Shown here one piece after another: positions 1 through 9,023 of a stretch of 64,000 nt of DNA. A program made the position numbers and the translations under genes. How positions within the stretch are numbered: position 1 is the stretch's first letter; every line of letters starts with the position of its first letter. Under the pieces are notes generated by a model, which was not told the DNA's origin, did not search any database, and worked only from the letters and a program-made list of their open reading frames with translations. The stretch comes from Christensenella sp. UBA7588 (GTDB taxonomy: Bacteria > Bacillota > Clostridia > Christensenellales > CAG-917), in the NCBI GenBank assembly GCA_002478945.1, contig DLKM01000028.1:57136-121135 (forward strand), written 5' to 3'.

Positions 1-1396
1 AAAATGCAACGACGTAGCGTGCGGCGCGTCGTCGAGAAACGACGGTTGCATTCATCCAGGCATCGATTTGCACAAAGGACAGCAAAAACTCAAATATGTG
101 CTTGCAGGCAACAAAGCGTATACGAAACTTGCCGAAGAACTCGGAATATCGCTTAAGCGTTGGGCGCAGATGTTCGTCTTTTCCACGAAGTGGGAAAACG
201 CGATTATTTCTCCGCTTTACAAACTGCGCGCAAAACAACTCGGCGTGGAGGGCGTAAGGCATCTCACGCCCAAACAAATAAAAGAAATAGAGCCGAATCC
301 GCCTGCGTGGGCAACAGGAGCGATGTATATGGCAACCGCAGGTATGGTTTCGCCGTATAAGACTACTATTGCGCTTATAGACAACGCAATCCAAAACGGC
401 GCAAAAGTGTCACTCGATACCTACGTTAAAGGTATGAAAGTCGAAAACGGAAAAATAGTGAGCGTTGAGACAAACAGAGGTACTATTTATCCAAAAGTCG
501 TCGTGAATTGCGCGGGAGTATATTCCGACGTGATTGCGGATATGGCAGGGGACAGAACGTTTACCATACATCCTCGCAAAGGCACGGATATAATTCTCGA
601 CAAAAAGAAAGTTGGTTACGCGTTGTCGTCTTACGCTCGCAGTTTCTTTGCCCCGCTTCCCAAAGAGAATCGTCCCGATACGAAAGAGCAAGTCGGACAC
701 ACGAAAGGCGGCGGCGTTATGCGCACCGTGGACGGAAATATCCTCGTAGGCCCCGACGCGCACGAAGTGCCGTCGAGAGAGGACTATTCGACTTCGATAG
801 AGGATATTGACAATATTATCAAAAAGCAAAAACTTGCCCAGCCGATGCTGAACAAGGGAGATATTATAACCTATTTTTCAGGCACGAGAGCCGCAACCTA
901 CGAAGAAGATTTCGTGGTGCGCAGGGGCATTTTCACAAGCAATATTTACGAAGCGGCGGGCATACAGTCTCCCGGAATCACGGCGGCTCCCGCAATCGCT
1001 TGCGATATACGAGATTGGGTTAAACGGGACCTCGGTATAGAGGACAATCCCTCTTTTAATCCCGTATACAAACACACTCCCAGACTTGCAGATTTGTCCG
1101 ACGAACAAAGACAGAATTATATCAAGTCCGACTCGGCGTACGGAGAGATTATCTGCCGTTGCGAGGAAGTGAGCAAAGGCGAAATCATCGACGCATTGAA
1201 CAGCCCTCTCAAGGTTGCGACTATTGACGGCATCAAGCGCAGAGTGCGCCCCGGTATGGGAAGATGTCAGGGCGGATTTTGTTCTCCGCTCGTTGCCAAA
1301 ATCATTGCCGAACACGAGGGTATCGAAATCGAGGACGTCCTTAAAGGAGACGAGGGCAGCGTAATCGTTTACGGCAATACGAAAGGAGGAATGTGA
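1..1396 (+). CDS. FAD-dependent oxidoreductase, anaerobic glycerol-3-phosphate dehydrogenase (GlpA)-like, with C-terminal BFD-like [2Fe-2S] domain; 5' end cut by window edge
   Basis: Frame 2 is open from nt 2 (..NDVACGASSRNDGCIHPGIDL..), so the TTG at 68 is not the real start. The body is a DAO-type FAD oxidoreductase. The C-terminal CRCEEVSKGEI...GMGRCQGGFC matches the BFD-like 2Fe-2S motif. The usual partner genes follow. Confidence 0.8.
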   Translation, partial: KCNDVACGASSRNDGCIHPGIDLHKGQQKLKYVLAGNKAYTKLAEELGISLKRWAQMFVFSTKWENAIISPLYKLRAKQLGVEGVRHLTPKQIKEIEPNPPAWATGAMYMATAGMVSPYKTTIALIDNAIQNGAKVSLDTYVKGMKVENGKIVSVETNRGTIYPKVVVNCAGVYSDVIADMAGDRTFTIHPRKGTDIILDKKKVGYALSSYARSFFAPLPKENRPDTKEQVGHTKGGGVMRTVDGNILVGPDAHEVPSREDYSTSIEDIDNIIKKQKLAQPMLNKGDIITYFSGTRAATYEEDFVVRRGIFTSNIYEAAGIQSPGITAAPAIACDIRDWVKRDLGIEDNPSFNPVYKHTPRLADLSDEQRQNYIKSDSAYGEIICRCEEVSKGEIIDALNSPLKVATIDGIKRRVRPGMGRCQGGFCSPLVAKIIAEHEGIEIEDVLKGDEGSVIVYGNTKGGM

Positions 1397-1397
1397 T

Positions 1398-2645
1398 ATG
1401 CGCAATTATGACGTAGTGGTTATCGGCGGCGGTCCTGCAGGTCTTTCCGCGGCGCAAAGCGCTTGCCTCAAAGGCGGCAAAGTTGCGGTTATAGAAAGAG
1501 AAGCAAGACTCGGCGGAATACTCAAACAATGCGTTCACGACGGGTTCGGTCTTATTAGATTCGGCGAAAAACTGTCGGGTCCCGAATATTGCGAAAGATA
1601 TATCGATTTTGTAAAAGAACTCGATATAGACACGTTTACCCTCACTTTCGTAACGAGAGTGGAAAAGAAAAACGACGGTTTCGAGATTACGGCGGTTTCG
1701 AGCAACGGAATAGAAAAATTTTTCACAAAATCAATCGTGCTTGCCACGGGATGCAGAGAGCGCACGGCAAAGCAAGTGCTAATTCAAGGCACTCGTCCGA
1801 GCGGCGTATTTACGGCAGGTACCGCGCAGAACTTCGTCAATCTGCAAGGCAAACTTCCGACGAAGAAATGCGTTATACTCGGTAGCGGAGATATAGGCCT
1901 TATTATGGCGCGCCGACTCACTCTCGAGGGTGCAAAAGTTGAGGGCGTGTACGAGGTCAAGCCCACTCCGAGCGGACTTACGAGAAACATTCATCAATGC
2001 TTGCACGATTTCGACATACCGCTTTACCTCTCGCACACCGTTACGAGAGTGTTCGGAAAGGACAGACTCGAAGGCGTGGAAGTCGCAAAAGTCGACGACA
2101 AAATGAGACCTATCGAAGGCACTCAAAGACGTATAGACTGCGACGCGCTCATACTTTCCGTCGGGCTTATTCCCGAAAACGAAATTGCCGAATCGTTGGG
2201 CGTGGATATAAATCCGTTTACAAAAGGAGCGGATTGCGACCAGACGTATATGTCGTCGGTGGACGGGGTGTTTTCCGCGGGAAACGCGCTTAACGTGTTC
2301 GATTTGGTAGATTATGTGTCTGAATGTGCAAAAGACGCAGGTGCAAACGCAGTCGGTTTCAAGCCGTCGGGCAAGAGCGTGCGTATAGAAAAGGGCATAG
2401 GACTTTTGAGCTTCGTGCCGCATCGCATAGACCTTGCAAAGCCTTGCGACAAAGTGGTTTTCTTTTTCCGCGCTTCAAATGATATGGACAAAGCGACTCT
2501 TAAATTCGTCGTGGACGGCAAAGAAGTTTTCAAGAAAAACTTTTCGTTCCTGCGTCCGCCCGAAATGCAAAGAGTCGAGATTGATTTCTCGGCTTTCGGA
2601 ATCGACGAAAATTCTAAAATTCAAGCGATTGTGGAGGAGAGATAA
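1398..2645 (+). CDS. NAD(P)/FAD-dependent oxidoreductase (pyridine nucleotide-disulfide oxidoreductase family), GlpA partner subunit
   Basis: N-terminal dinucleotide fold YDVVVIGGGPAGLSAA and a second Rossmann motif CVILGSGDIGLIMA. The gene starts 2 nt after the upstream stop. Confidence 0.8.
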   Translation: MRNYDVVVIGGGPAGLSAAQSACLKGGKVAVIEREARLGGILKQCVHDGFGLIRFGEKLSGPEYCERYIDFVKELDIDTFTLTFVTRVEKKNDGFEITAVSSNGIEKFFTKSIVLATGCRERTAKQVLIQGTRPSGVFTAGTAQNFVNLQGKLPTKKCVILGSGDIGLIMARRLTLEGAKVEGVYEVKPTPSGLTRNIHQCLHDFDIPLYLSHTVTRVFGKDRLEGVEVAKVDDKMRPIEGTQRRIDCDALILSVGLIPENEIAESLGVDINPFTKGADCDQTYMSSVDGVFSAGNALNVFDLVDYVSECAKDAGANAVGFKPSGKSVRIEKGIGLLSFVPHRIDLAKPCDKVVFFFRASNDMDKATLKFVVDGKEVFKKNFSFLRPPEMQRVEIDFSAFGIDENSKIQAIVEER

Positions 2646-2980
2646 TGGACCTTGTTTGTATCGTTTGCCCGAGAGGGTGCAGAATTAACGTTCAAGACGG
2701 CGTAGTCAGCGGAAACGCTTGCAAAAGAGGCGAGGCGTTTGCTTTGTCCGAAAGCACTTGCCCTATGAGAAGCGTTTGCTCGACGGTTGCCACGTCTCTT
2801 AAGGATTATCCCGTTCTCCCCGTTAGAACGGACGGAGAAATTCCCAAAGCGAAAATCGCGGATTTGATGAAAGAAATCAACGCTATCGTCGTTGATAAAA
2901 AAGTCAAACGAGGAGACGTCGTTGCGCAAAACGTTGTCGGAACGGACGTCAACCTTATTGCTACTGCAACCATTTATTAA
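2645..2980 (+). CDS. DUF1667 domain protein (small Cys-rich partner of the GlpA-like oxidoreductases)
   Basis: 111 aa with N-terminal CIVCPRGCRI motif. Its ATG overlaps the upstream stop (ATAATG), the typical third gene of this trio. Confidence 0.7.
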   Translation: MDLVCIVCPRGCRINVQDGVVSGNACKRGEAFALSESTCPMRSVCSTVATSLKDYPVLPVRTDGEIPKAKIADLMKEINAIVVDKKVKRGDVVAQNVVGTDVNLIATATIY

Positions 2981-2997
2981 CACTTGAGAGGGAAATT

Positions 2998-4581
2998 ATG
3001 AGCGAACCGTTGGTATTGACAATCGACTTCGGCACGCAGAGCGTGCGAGCGATGCTTTTCGATAAACACGGAAAAGACTACGGCAAAGAGAAAGTGCATT
3101 TCAAAGAACCGTATTATTCAAAAGAAATCGGTTGGGCGGAGCAGAAACCCGAGTTTTATTGGGATAAGCTCAAAGAGGCAACGAACGGGTTGAAAGCCAA
3201 ATGCGCCGATTTGTGGGACGATATTCGAGCGGTCAGCGTTACGACCATACGAGATACCGTCGTTTTCGTCGATAAGGACGGAAAACCGCTTCGAGACATT
3301 ATCCTGTGGCTCGACCAAAGAGAAGTCAAAGACGCCGACAAGACGAGATTCGGCTCGGGATTCAAATCTCTTTTGAGGCTTATCAATATGTACGATATGG
3401 CGGCAACGCAATGCAAGTCGTCCTCCTGCAACTGGGTACACGAGTACGAACCCGAAGTATGGGCGAAAATGCACAAGTGCCTTATGTTTTCGGGATACAT
3501 CACATACCGATTGACGGGCGTGATGAAAGATTCGGTGGCAAATCAGATAGGACATATCCCGTTCGATTATAAAAACAAAACTTGGCAAGGACCTCGCGCC
3601 ATAACCGCTCCGATATTCGATTTGAAAGCAAAAGATATGTGCGAACTTGTCGAACCGGGTACGGTTATCGGATATATCACGAAAGAAGCGTGCGCCGACC
3701 TCGGCATAAAAGAGGGCTTGCCCGTAATCGCTTCGGGTTCTGATAAGGGATGCGAAACTTTAGGTTCGGGTTGCGTGGACAGCACGGGCGCGTCGCTTTC
3801 GCTCGGGACTACGGCAACGGTACAGATGACCACCGACAAATATGTCGAAACAGAGCCTTTCGTGCCGTCTTATCCCGCGGTTTTGCCCGGGAAATACAAT
3901 CCCGAAGTGGAGATTTATCGCGGATATTGGATGCTTTCGTGGTTTAAGAACGAATTTGCGCACAAAGAAGTCAAAGAGGCAAAAGAACTCGGCGTTGCCG
4001 CAGAGGAGTTGCTCAACAGACACCTCAAAGACGTGCCTGCGGGATGCGAAGGCTTGATTTTGCAACCGTACTGGACGCCGGGTATCAAGCATCCGACGGC
4101 AAGAGGCGCAATACTCGGATTTGCCGATTGCCACACGCGCATACATATTTACAGAGCAATCATCGAGGGCATTGCGTACGGATTGTACGACGGTCTGCTG
4201 TCAATCCAACGCAAGACCAAAATAAAAGTGGAGTTTTTGGCGGTGTCGGGCGGCGGAAGCGAAAGCGACGAAATATGCCAGATAACGTCGAATATTATGG
4301 GAATCCCCGTTCGCAGAGCGCAAACGTACGAGACGTCGTCGCTCGGCGCGGCAATCACGGCGTTTAAGGGTTTGGGCGTATACAAGACCTTTGAAGAAGC
4401 GGCGCAGAATATGGTGCATATCTCCAAAGAGTTTACGCCGAATATGAAAGAACACGCCCTGTACGAGAAACTTTACAACCGTATCTATCGCAGAATTTAT
4501 CCCAACAACAAAAAACTCTACGATGATTTGAAGTTCATTTTGCGAAACGAAAAAGCAGAGAACGCAGAAACAGAAAAATAA
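2998..4581 (+). CDS. FGGY-family carbohydrate/polyol kinase
   Basis: LVLTIDFGTQSVRAMLFD phosphate-1 motif and the C-terminal FLAVSGGGSESDEICQITSNIMGIPV FGGY signature. An RGGGA-type RBS (gagaggga) lies upstream. Confidence 0.8.
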   Translation: MSEPLVLTIDFGTQSVRAMLFDKHGKDYGKEKVHFKEPYYSKEIGWAEQKPEFYWDKLKEATNGLKAKCADLWDDIRAVSVTTIRDTVVFVDKDGKPLRDIILWLDQREVKDADKTRFGSGFKSLLRLINMYDMAATQCKSSSCNWVHEYEPEVWAKMHKCLMFSGYITYRLTGVMKDSVANQIGHIPFDYKNKTWQGPRAITAPIFDLKAKDMCELVEPGTVIGYITKEACADLGIKEGLPVIASGSDKGCETLGSGCVDSTGASLSLGTTATVQMTTDKYVETEPFVPSYPAVLPGKYNPEVEIYRGYWMLSWFKNEFAHKEVKEAKELGVAAEELLNRHLKDVPAGCEGLILQPYWTPGIKHPTARGAILGFADCHTRIHIYRAIIEGIAYGLYDGLLSIQRKTKIKVEFLAVSGGGSESDEICQITSNIMGIPVRRAQTYETSSLGAAITAFKGLGVYKTFEEAAQNMVHISKEFTPNMKEHALYEKLYNRIYRRIYPNNKKLYDDLKFILRNEKAENAETEK

Positions 4582-4647
4582 TTAAAATGTATAAATCGTC
4601 GGTTTATCTGTCGAAAATGCACGGATAAAACGGCAAATGGAGGAATT

Positions 4648-6360
4648 ATGTCAAAACCCTATAAGGAATTCGAACCCAAGTGGATTACCGACGCACCGCA
4701 AGAGAAATCTTTCCGTTCCATAATGAAATGGGGCGACCCCAACAAGTACAAAGCCCCCAAAGAAGGTCTTTATAAACTTATCAAAAGCATCTTCTCGCTT
4801 ACCGACGACGATTTCAAAGAGATGGTCGACACGGGAGAGCAACTCGTCGACGTACACGTCGAAAGTGCTTTGACGAAAGAGCAAATCGCAGATATTACCG
4901 CTATCGTCGGAGAAGATAACGCAAGCGTTGACGACTTCGAAAGAGTGCGTCTTGCGTACGGCAAAACGATGATAGACATTATGCGCCTCAGAAAAGGCAT
5001 CGTCGAAAACGTTCCCGACATCGTAGTTTTTCCGTCAACGAAAGAGCAGATAGAAGAACTCGTAAAATATGCCGATAAAAACGGAATCAAAGTCTACGTT
5101 CACGCAGGCGGCTCGAGCGTTACGAGAGGAACGGAACCGATGGTGTCTCCCAACATTATGATTGACATCAGCAAAAACTTCAACAAGGTCATTGCGTTCA
5201 ACGAGGTCAATTCCACCATTACGGTTCAACCGGGCATCAGCGGTCCGCAACTCGAGGACATTCTTAATCACGCTCCCGAAAACTTCGGTACGACAAAACG
5301 TTACACTTGCGGACATTTTCCGCAATCGTTTGAGTATTCCTGCGTCGGCGGCTGGGTGGTAACTCGCGGCTCGGGACAAAACTCGACGTACTACGGTTGC
5401 GCGGCGGACCTCGTACTTAAACAAGAATACGTTACGCCTATCGGCGTTATAAAGACGGACGGCGCGCCGAGAAAAGCGACGGGTCCGGACATCGACCAAA
5501 TTATGATGGGCAGCGAGGGTTGCTTCGGTATCCTTACGGAAGTTACGCTCAAAGTTTTCAATCTCTCCAAAAAGCACAGAAAATTCTCCTATATGTTCCC
5601 GACGTGGGAGGACGGTATGGCGGTTATGAGAGAAGTTATGCAGGGCGAATTCGGTCATCCGTCGGCATTCCGTCTTTCGGACGCGGAGGAAACGGATATG
5701 ATGTCTCATATGTACGGCATTATCGGTTCTCCGCTTGAGCCGTTGCTTGCGGCAAAAGGCTACAAACAACACTCCAGATGCCTCCTTCTCGGCTTCTGCG
5801 ACGGAGAGGACGGCTTGCAAAGAAACATTATGAGAAATATCCGCAAGATTGCAAGGAAGTATAACGGACTCTCTCTTACGGGTTACGTTACTACCGCTTG
5901 GGAACACGGCAGATTCTCCGACCCGTATCTCAGAGATACCATTCAGGACTACGGCATTATCATCGACACTCTCGAGTGCGCGGTCAACTGGGACAATATG
6001 TCCAAAGTCCACGACGAGGTAAGAGAGGTGGTCAAGGCTTGGCCGAACGCGATTTGCACCTGCCACATCTCGCACAGCTATCCCAACGGCGCAAACTTGT
6101 ATTTCATCTTCATAATCAAGACGACAGACCTCGACGCTTTCAAGAAATATCACAGCTCGATTCTCGAGGCAATAATGAAGTCGGGCGCGGCACTTTCGCA
6201 TCATCACGGCATCGGCAAACTGTTTGCGCCGTTCCTCGAAGGTTCTATCGGAAGCGCGCAACTCGACGTGTTCAAGGCTCTCAAAAAGTATTTCGACCCC
6301 AACAACACGCTCAACCCCGGCGGCACGCTTGCGCTTGACGAGCATCCCTCAAATTTCTAA
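4648..6360 (+). CDS. FAD-linked oxidase (PCMH-type FAD-binding domain), alkyl-dihydroxyacetonephosphate-synthase-like
   Basis: 570 aa. PDIVVFPSTKEQIEELVKYA...VHAGGSSVTRG is the FAD_binding_4 pattern, and GHFPQSFEYSCVGGWVVTRGSGQNSTYYG resembles the AGPS core. RBS ggagga upstream. Confidence 0.75.
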   Translation: MSKPYKEFEPKWITDAPQEKSFRSIMKWGDPNKYKAPKEGLYKLIKSIFSLTDDDFKEMVDTGEQLVDVHVESALTKEQIADITAIVGEDNASVDDFERVRLAYGKTMIDIMRLRKGIVENVPDIVVFPSTKEQIEELVKYADKNGIKVYVHAGGSSVTRGTEPMVSPNIMIDISKNFNKVIAFNEVNSTITVQPGISGPQLEDILNHAPENFGTTKRYTCGHFPQSFEYSCVGGWVVTRGSGQNSTYYGCAADLVLKQEYVTPIGVIKTDGAPRKATGPDIDQIMMGSEGCFGILTEVTLKVFNLSKKHRKFSYMFPTWEDGMAVMREVMQGEFGHPSAFRLSDAEETDMMSHMYGIIGSPLEPLLAAKGYKQHSRCLLLGFCDGEDGLQRNIMRNIRKIARKYNGLSLTGYVTTAWEHGRFSDPYLRDTIQDYGIIIDTLECAVNWDNMSKVHDEVREVVKAWPNAICTCHISHSYPNGANLYFIFIIKTTDLDAFKKYHSSILEAIMKSGAALSHHHGIGKLFAPFLEGSIGSAQLDVFKALKKYFDPNNTLNPGGTLALDEHPSNF

Positions 6361-6404
6361 TCGGCAGGGTAGAGAACGAACTCCGATAGGTAGATTCTCA
6401 AATA

Positions 6405-6436
6405 AAAGAGACGCTGTTTTTCAGCGTCTTTTTTGT
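6405..6436 (+). terminator. rho-independent terminator
   Basis: Stem AGACGCTG (6409-6416) pairs with CAGCGTCT (6422-6429), followed by a T-run. Confidence 0.8.
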
Positions 6437-6521
6437 CGTATTCAAACTTTGATTTTAACCGAGATGCAATCTCCGTTTATTTCTTTCCCGAGCAGAGCGA
6501 CATCGTTTATCCGTTAATAGA

Positions 6522-6551
6522 ATGACTTATGTGCATTTGCGCATAAGTCAT
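6522..6551. repeat. 30-bp near-perfect palindrome (palindrome A)
   Basis: ATGACTTATGTGCA TT TGCGCATAAGTCAT gives 14 pairing positions with one G.U. No flanking T-run. It lies in a convergent intergenic region. Confidence 0.7.
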
Positions 6552-6632
6552 AAAATCGCAATGACGGTTGCAAATAAGCGCAAGTGAGAATTTGACGATA
6601 TGCACACTTGCGGATATGCGCAATTATCGCGC

Positions 6633-6664
6633 AAAAACGATAGGGCAGAGAAGTCTGCCCTATA
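6633..6664 (-). terminator. rho-independent terminator of spoVG
   Basis: Hairpin ATAGGGCAGA/TCTGCCCTAT (6640-6663). On the minus strand it is followed by CGTTTTT. Confidence 0.7.
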
Positions 6665-6714
6665 AATACGCGCGCAATGGTAGAATGCGCAGATTGTCGA
6701 TAGAAAAGATACGT

Positions 6715-7008
6715 TTATTCGGTTACGCTTTCTTTTTGAGCCTCCTCGTCGACGGCGCGTTGATACGCTTCGAGGACTTTGGATTTCAAATATTCTCTGG
6801 TTTCCGAATTTATGGGGTGGGCTATGTCTTTATACTCTCCGTCGGAAGTCTTTTTGGAGGGCATAGCCATAAACACTCCGTCTTGACTTTCGATGATTTT
6901 TATATCGTGCAACGCAAAACAGTCGTCAATCACGATTGACGCAACGCCTTTCAATTTGCCGCTTTCGGTTTTTACGAGCCTGACTCTCACGTCCGTAACG
7001 TTTAACAT
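6715..7008 (-). CDS. spoVG: septation protein SpoVG
   Basis: MLNVTDVRVRLV...GVASIVIDDCFALHDIKIIE...FMAMPSKKTSDGEYKDIAHPIN is the canonical SpoVG sequence. Strong RBS AAGGAGG upstream. Confidence 0.95.
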   Translation of the reverse strand: MLNVTDVRVRLVKTESGKLKGVASIVIDDCFALHDIKIIESQDGVFMAMPSKKTSDGEYKDIAHPINSETREYLKSKVLEAYQRAVDEEAQKESVTE

Positions 7009-7109
7009 TTTATCCTCCTTATCCGCTTACCGCTCATTCTTATGATAACATCGGCGGGAGCGCAATTCAATAGCAACGTGCGAAGTGTGCGGATACCTAT
7101 ACTATTGTA

Positions 7110-7140
7110 TTGAAACACAATCGGCACTTCGGCATATAAT
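7110..7140 (+). promoter_or_regulatory. putative sigma-A promoter of murC
   Basis: TTGAAA (7110-7115), a 19-nt spacer, then TATAAT (7135-7140). The -10 box abuts the annotated ATG. Confidence 0.45.
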
Positions 7141-8529
7141 ATGGTTATGTTGGAACTCGAAGGGAAAACTGTACATTTTATCGGTGTCGGCGGCATATCG
7201 TGCAATGCTTTGGCTCGATTCGTTTTGGATTTCGGCGGAAAAGTCAGCGGCAGCGACGCAAAAATCACGCCGATTTGCAACGAATTGCGACGACTCGGCG
7301 CAACTATTTATCAAGGGGAAAATCCGAATAACGTAAATGCGGATATTGTGGTGTTTTCCACAGCGATAAAACGCGATAATGCCGAACTGCAAAAAGCAAG
7401 AGAACTCGGAGTGCCTATATACGAGCGGCACGAGTTTTTGGGAGAAATTTCAAAACTGTTCGGCGCAAGCGTCGCCGTTGCGGGAACGCACGGAAAAACA
7501 AGCACGACGGCAATGCTCACGCATATTTTGAAAAAGCGGAATTTTCCGTTTTTGTCAATGATAGGCGGAGAGTGTGTAAGTTTGGGCAACTACGTCAATA
7601 ATACTTGCGTACATAAAATATCCGAATTGAAGGATTGCGTTTTTATAGCGGAGGCTTGCGAATATAAGCGGCATATGTTGTCAGTAAAATCGGATGTCGG
7701 AGTAGTGACGAACGTCGAGTGCGACCATCCCGATTGTTACGCCGATATTACGGAAGTGCGAGACGCTTTCCGAACGTTCCTCGAGAAAAGCAAAGTTAAA
7801 ATCGCGTCTTGCGAAGATATGCAAAATCTGTTTGGAATCGCGGATAAAAATTCAAACGAATTTTGCGTGACGGACGGAGAAAAAAAGTTCGCGTTTAGAC
7901 TTCGCGACAAAAATTGCGAGGTATATGAAAACGGAATTTACCGCACGAGTTTTTCGCTTATCGACGACGGAGAGTACAATTACAAAAACGCATTGTTTGC
8001 GCTTTGCGCGTCGTCGATTCTCGGAGTTCCGCTCAAAGACGGCGCGTCTGCGCTAAAGAGTTATAAAGGCGTAAAACGCAGATTTGAAAGAAGCGCGGAT
8101 ATAGACAACGCAAAAGTGTTTTTCGATTTTGCGCATCATCCCAAAGAGATAAGTTGCGTGCTTGAAAGAGCGAAAAAATACGGCAAAGTCCTGATTGTTT
8201 TTCAGCCTCATACCTATTCGCGCACCAAGGCGTATCTTGACGATTTCGTTCAAGTCTTGGGCGGATGCGACTTTTGCGACGACGTGGTTTTGATGCCCGT
8301 GTACGCCGCAAGAGAAACGCCTTCGACGGGCGTAGACAGCGACGTTTTGGCAAAGGCAATTTTCGACAAATTTCCACAAAAGAAAGTTTATCTTGCAAAA
8401 GACGCACGCTCAACGCTCGATTATGTAAAATCGCACGCAAAAGACGTCGACGTGATTATGATGATAGGAGCAGGAGATATTTACGATATGAAGCACTTTA
8501 TCGAATGCGAAAAAGACAGACTATCGTAA
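7141..8529 (+). CDS. murC: UDP-N-acetylmuramate--L-alanine ligase
   Basis: HFIGVGGISCNALA N-terminal Rossmann fold and GTHGKTSTTAML P-loop; the Mur ligase body is present throughout. The alternative start ATG 7147 (MLELEGK...) fits the promoter geometry better. Confidence 0.93.
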   Translation: MVMLELEGKTVHFIGVGGISCNALARFVLDFGGKVSGSDAKITPICNELRRLGATIYQGENPNNVNADIVVFSTAIKRDNAELQKARELGVPIYERHEFLGEISKLFGASVAVAGTHGKTSTTAMLTHILKKRNFPFLSMIGGECVSLGNYVNNTCVHKISELKDCVFIAEACEYKRHMLSVKSDVGVVTNVECDHPDCYADITEVRDAFRTFLEKSKVKIASCEDMQNLFGIADKNSNEFCVTDGEKKFAFRLRDKNCEVYENGIYRTSFSLIDDGEYNYKNALFALCASSILGVPLKDGASALKSYKGVKRRFERSADIDNAKVFFDFAHHPKEISCVLERAKKYGKVLIVFQPHTYSRTKAYLDDFVQVLGGCDFCDDVVLMPVYAARETPSTGVDSDVLAKAIFDKFPQKKVYLAKDARSTLDYVKSHAKDVDVIMMIGAGDIYDMKHFIECEKDRLS

Positions 8530-8533
8530 TATT

Positions 8534-8559
8534 TATATATGCGCATTTGCACATATATA
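8534..8559. repeat. 26-bp palindrome (palindrome B), related in its centre to palindrome A
   Basis: TATATATGCGCA TT TGCACATATATA has 12 pairing positions with one mismatch. The centre GCGCATTTGCAC compares with GTGCATTTGCGC at 6531-6542. Confidence 0.6.
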
Positions 8560-8575
8560 GATATGTAAATAGGCA

Positions 8576-8614
8576 CAAAAACAAATACGAGGATACCTCG
8601 TATTTATTTTTTTG
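8576..8614. terminator. bidirectional rho-independent terminator (murC / DUF4363 gene)
   Basis: Stem AAATACGAGG (8583-8592) pairs with CCTCGTATTT (8596-8605). There is an A-run upstream and a T-run downstream. Confidence 0.8.
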
Positions 8615-8645
8615 CATTTGAGAAACGAATCCGTAGCGAATAGTG

Positions 8646-9023
8646 TCAGATTATGTCCTCTGCGTTGAAATCGAGCAACTGTCTTATGTTTTTGCCCATC
8701 ACTATCAGCGAGTGACATTTTGATAAAGCGTTTTGATAATCTCCGCATCGGAGCGAACCCTCCGTCTCTCCGAGAGCCACCGAAAACGCTCTTACGTCGG
8801 GAGAATAGGCAAAAAGTTCTATATACATTCTTCGCTTTTCCCACCATTGCGAGAGGTCTTTTAGCTTAATCAACGCGTCGTCGCTCTGCATTGTTATCGA
8901 TTGCTCGAGGTCTTTCAAATCCTCGTCGAGTTTGTCGAAAGTGCGGTTGATATAATAGTTTTCAAGCACTCCGCCCGTAATAATCAATACGAGTACGATA
9001 ACCGCAAAAACCACTCTTTTCAT
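8646..9023 (-). CDS. DUF4363 family protein (N-terminal membrane anchor)
   Basis: 125 aa with an N-terminal TM helix and a helical body. It sits in the conserved pairing downstream of a DUF421 gene, with a 4-nt overlap. Confidence 0.6.
   Translation of the reverse strand: MKRVVFAVIVLVLIITGGVLENYYINRTFDKLDEDLKDLEQSITMQSDDALIKLKDLSQWWEKRRMYIELFAYSPDVRAFSVALGETEGSLRCGDYQNALSKCHSLIVMGKNIRQLLDFNAEDII

Noticed and set aside
5035-6345. 436-aa minus-strand ORF, and many similar long antisense ORFs: 11921-13063 +, 14804-15955 +, 17471-18235 -, 21090-22583 -, 22928-23755 -, 34238-35530 -, 36279-37352 -, 40144-41115 -, 49514-50494 -, 52068-53126 -, 52853-53818 +, 55963-57216 -, 59081-59821 +, 61292-62320 -.
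   Set aside because: All lie antisense or out of frame within genes that have clear family signatures. Their translations are low-complexity (R/H/C/F-rich) with no recognisable motif and no RBS. They are shadow ORFs caused by codon bias of the real genes.
6568-6939. 123-aa plus-strand ORF overlapping spoVG.
   Set aside because: It overlaps the unmistakable SpoVG CDS on the opposite strand and runs through two terminator hairpins. It has no RBS.
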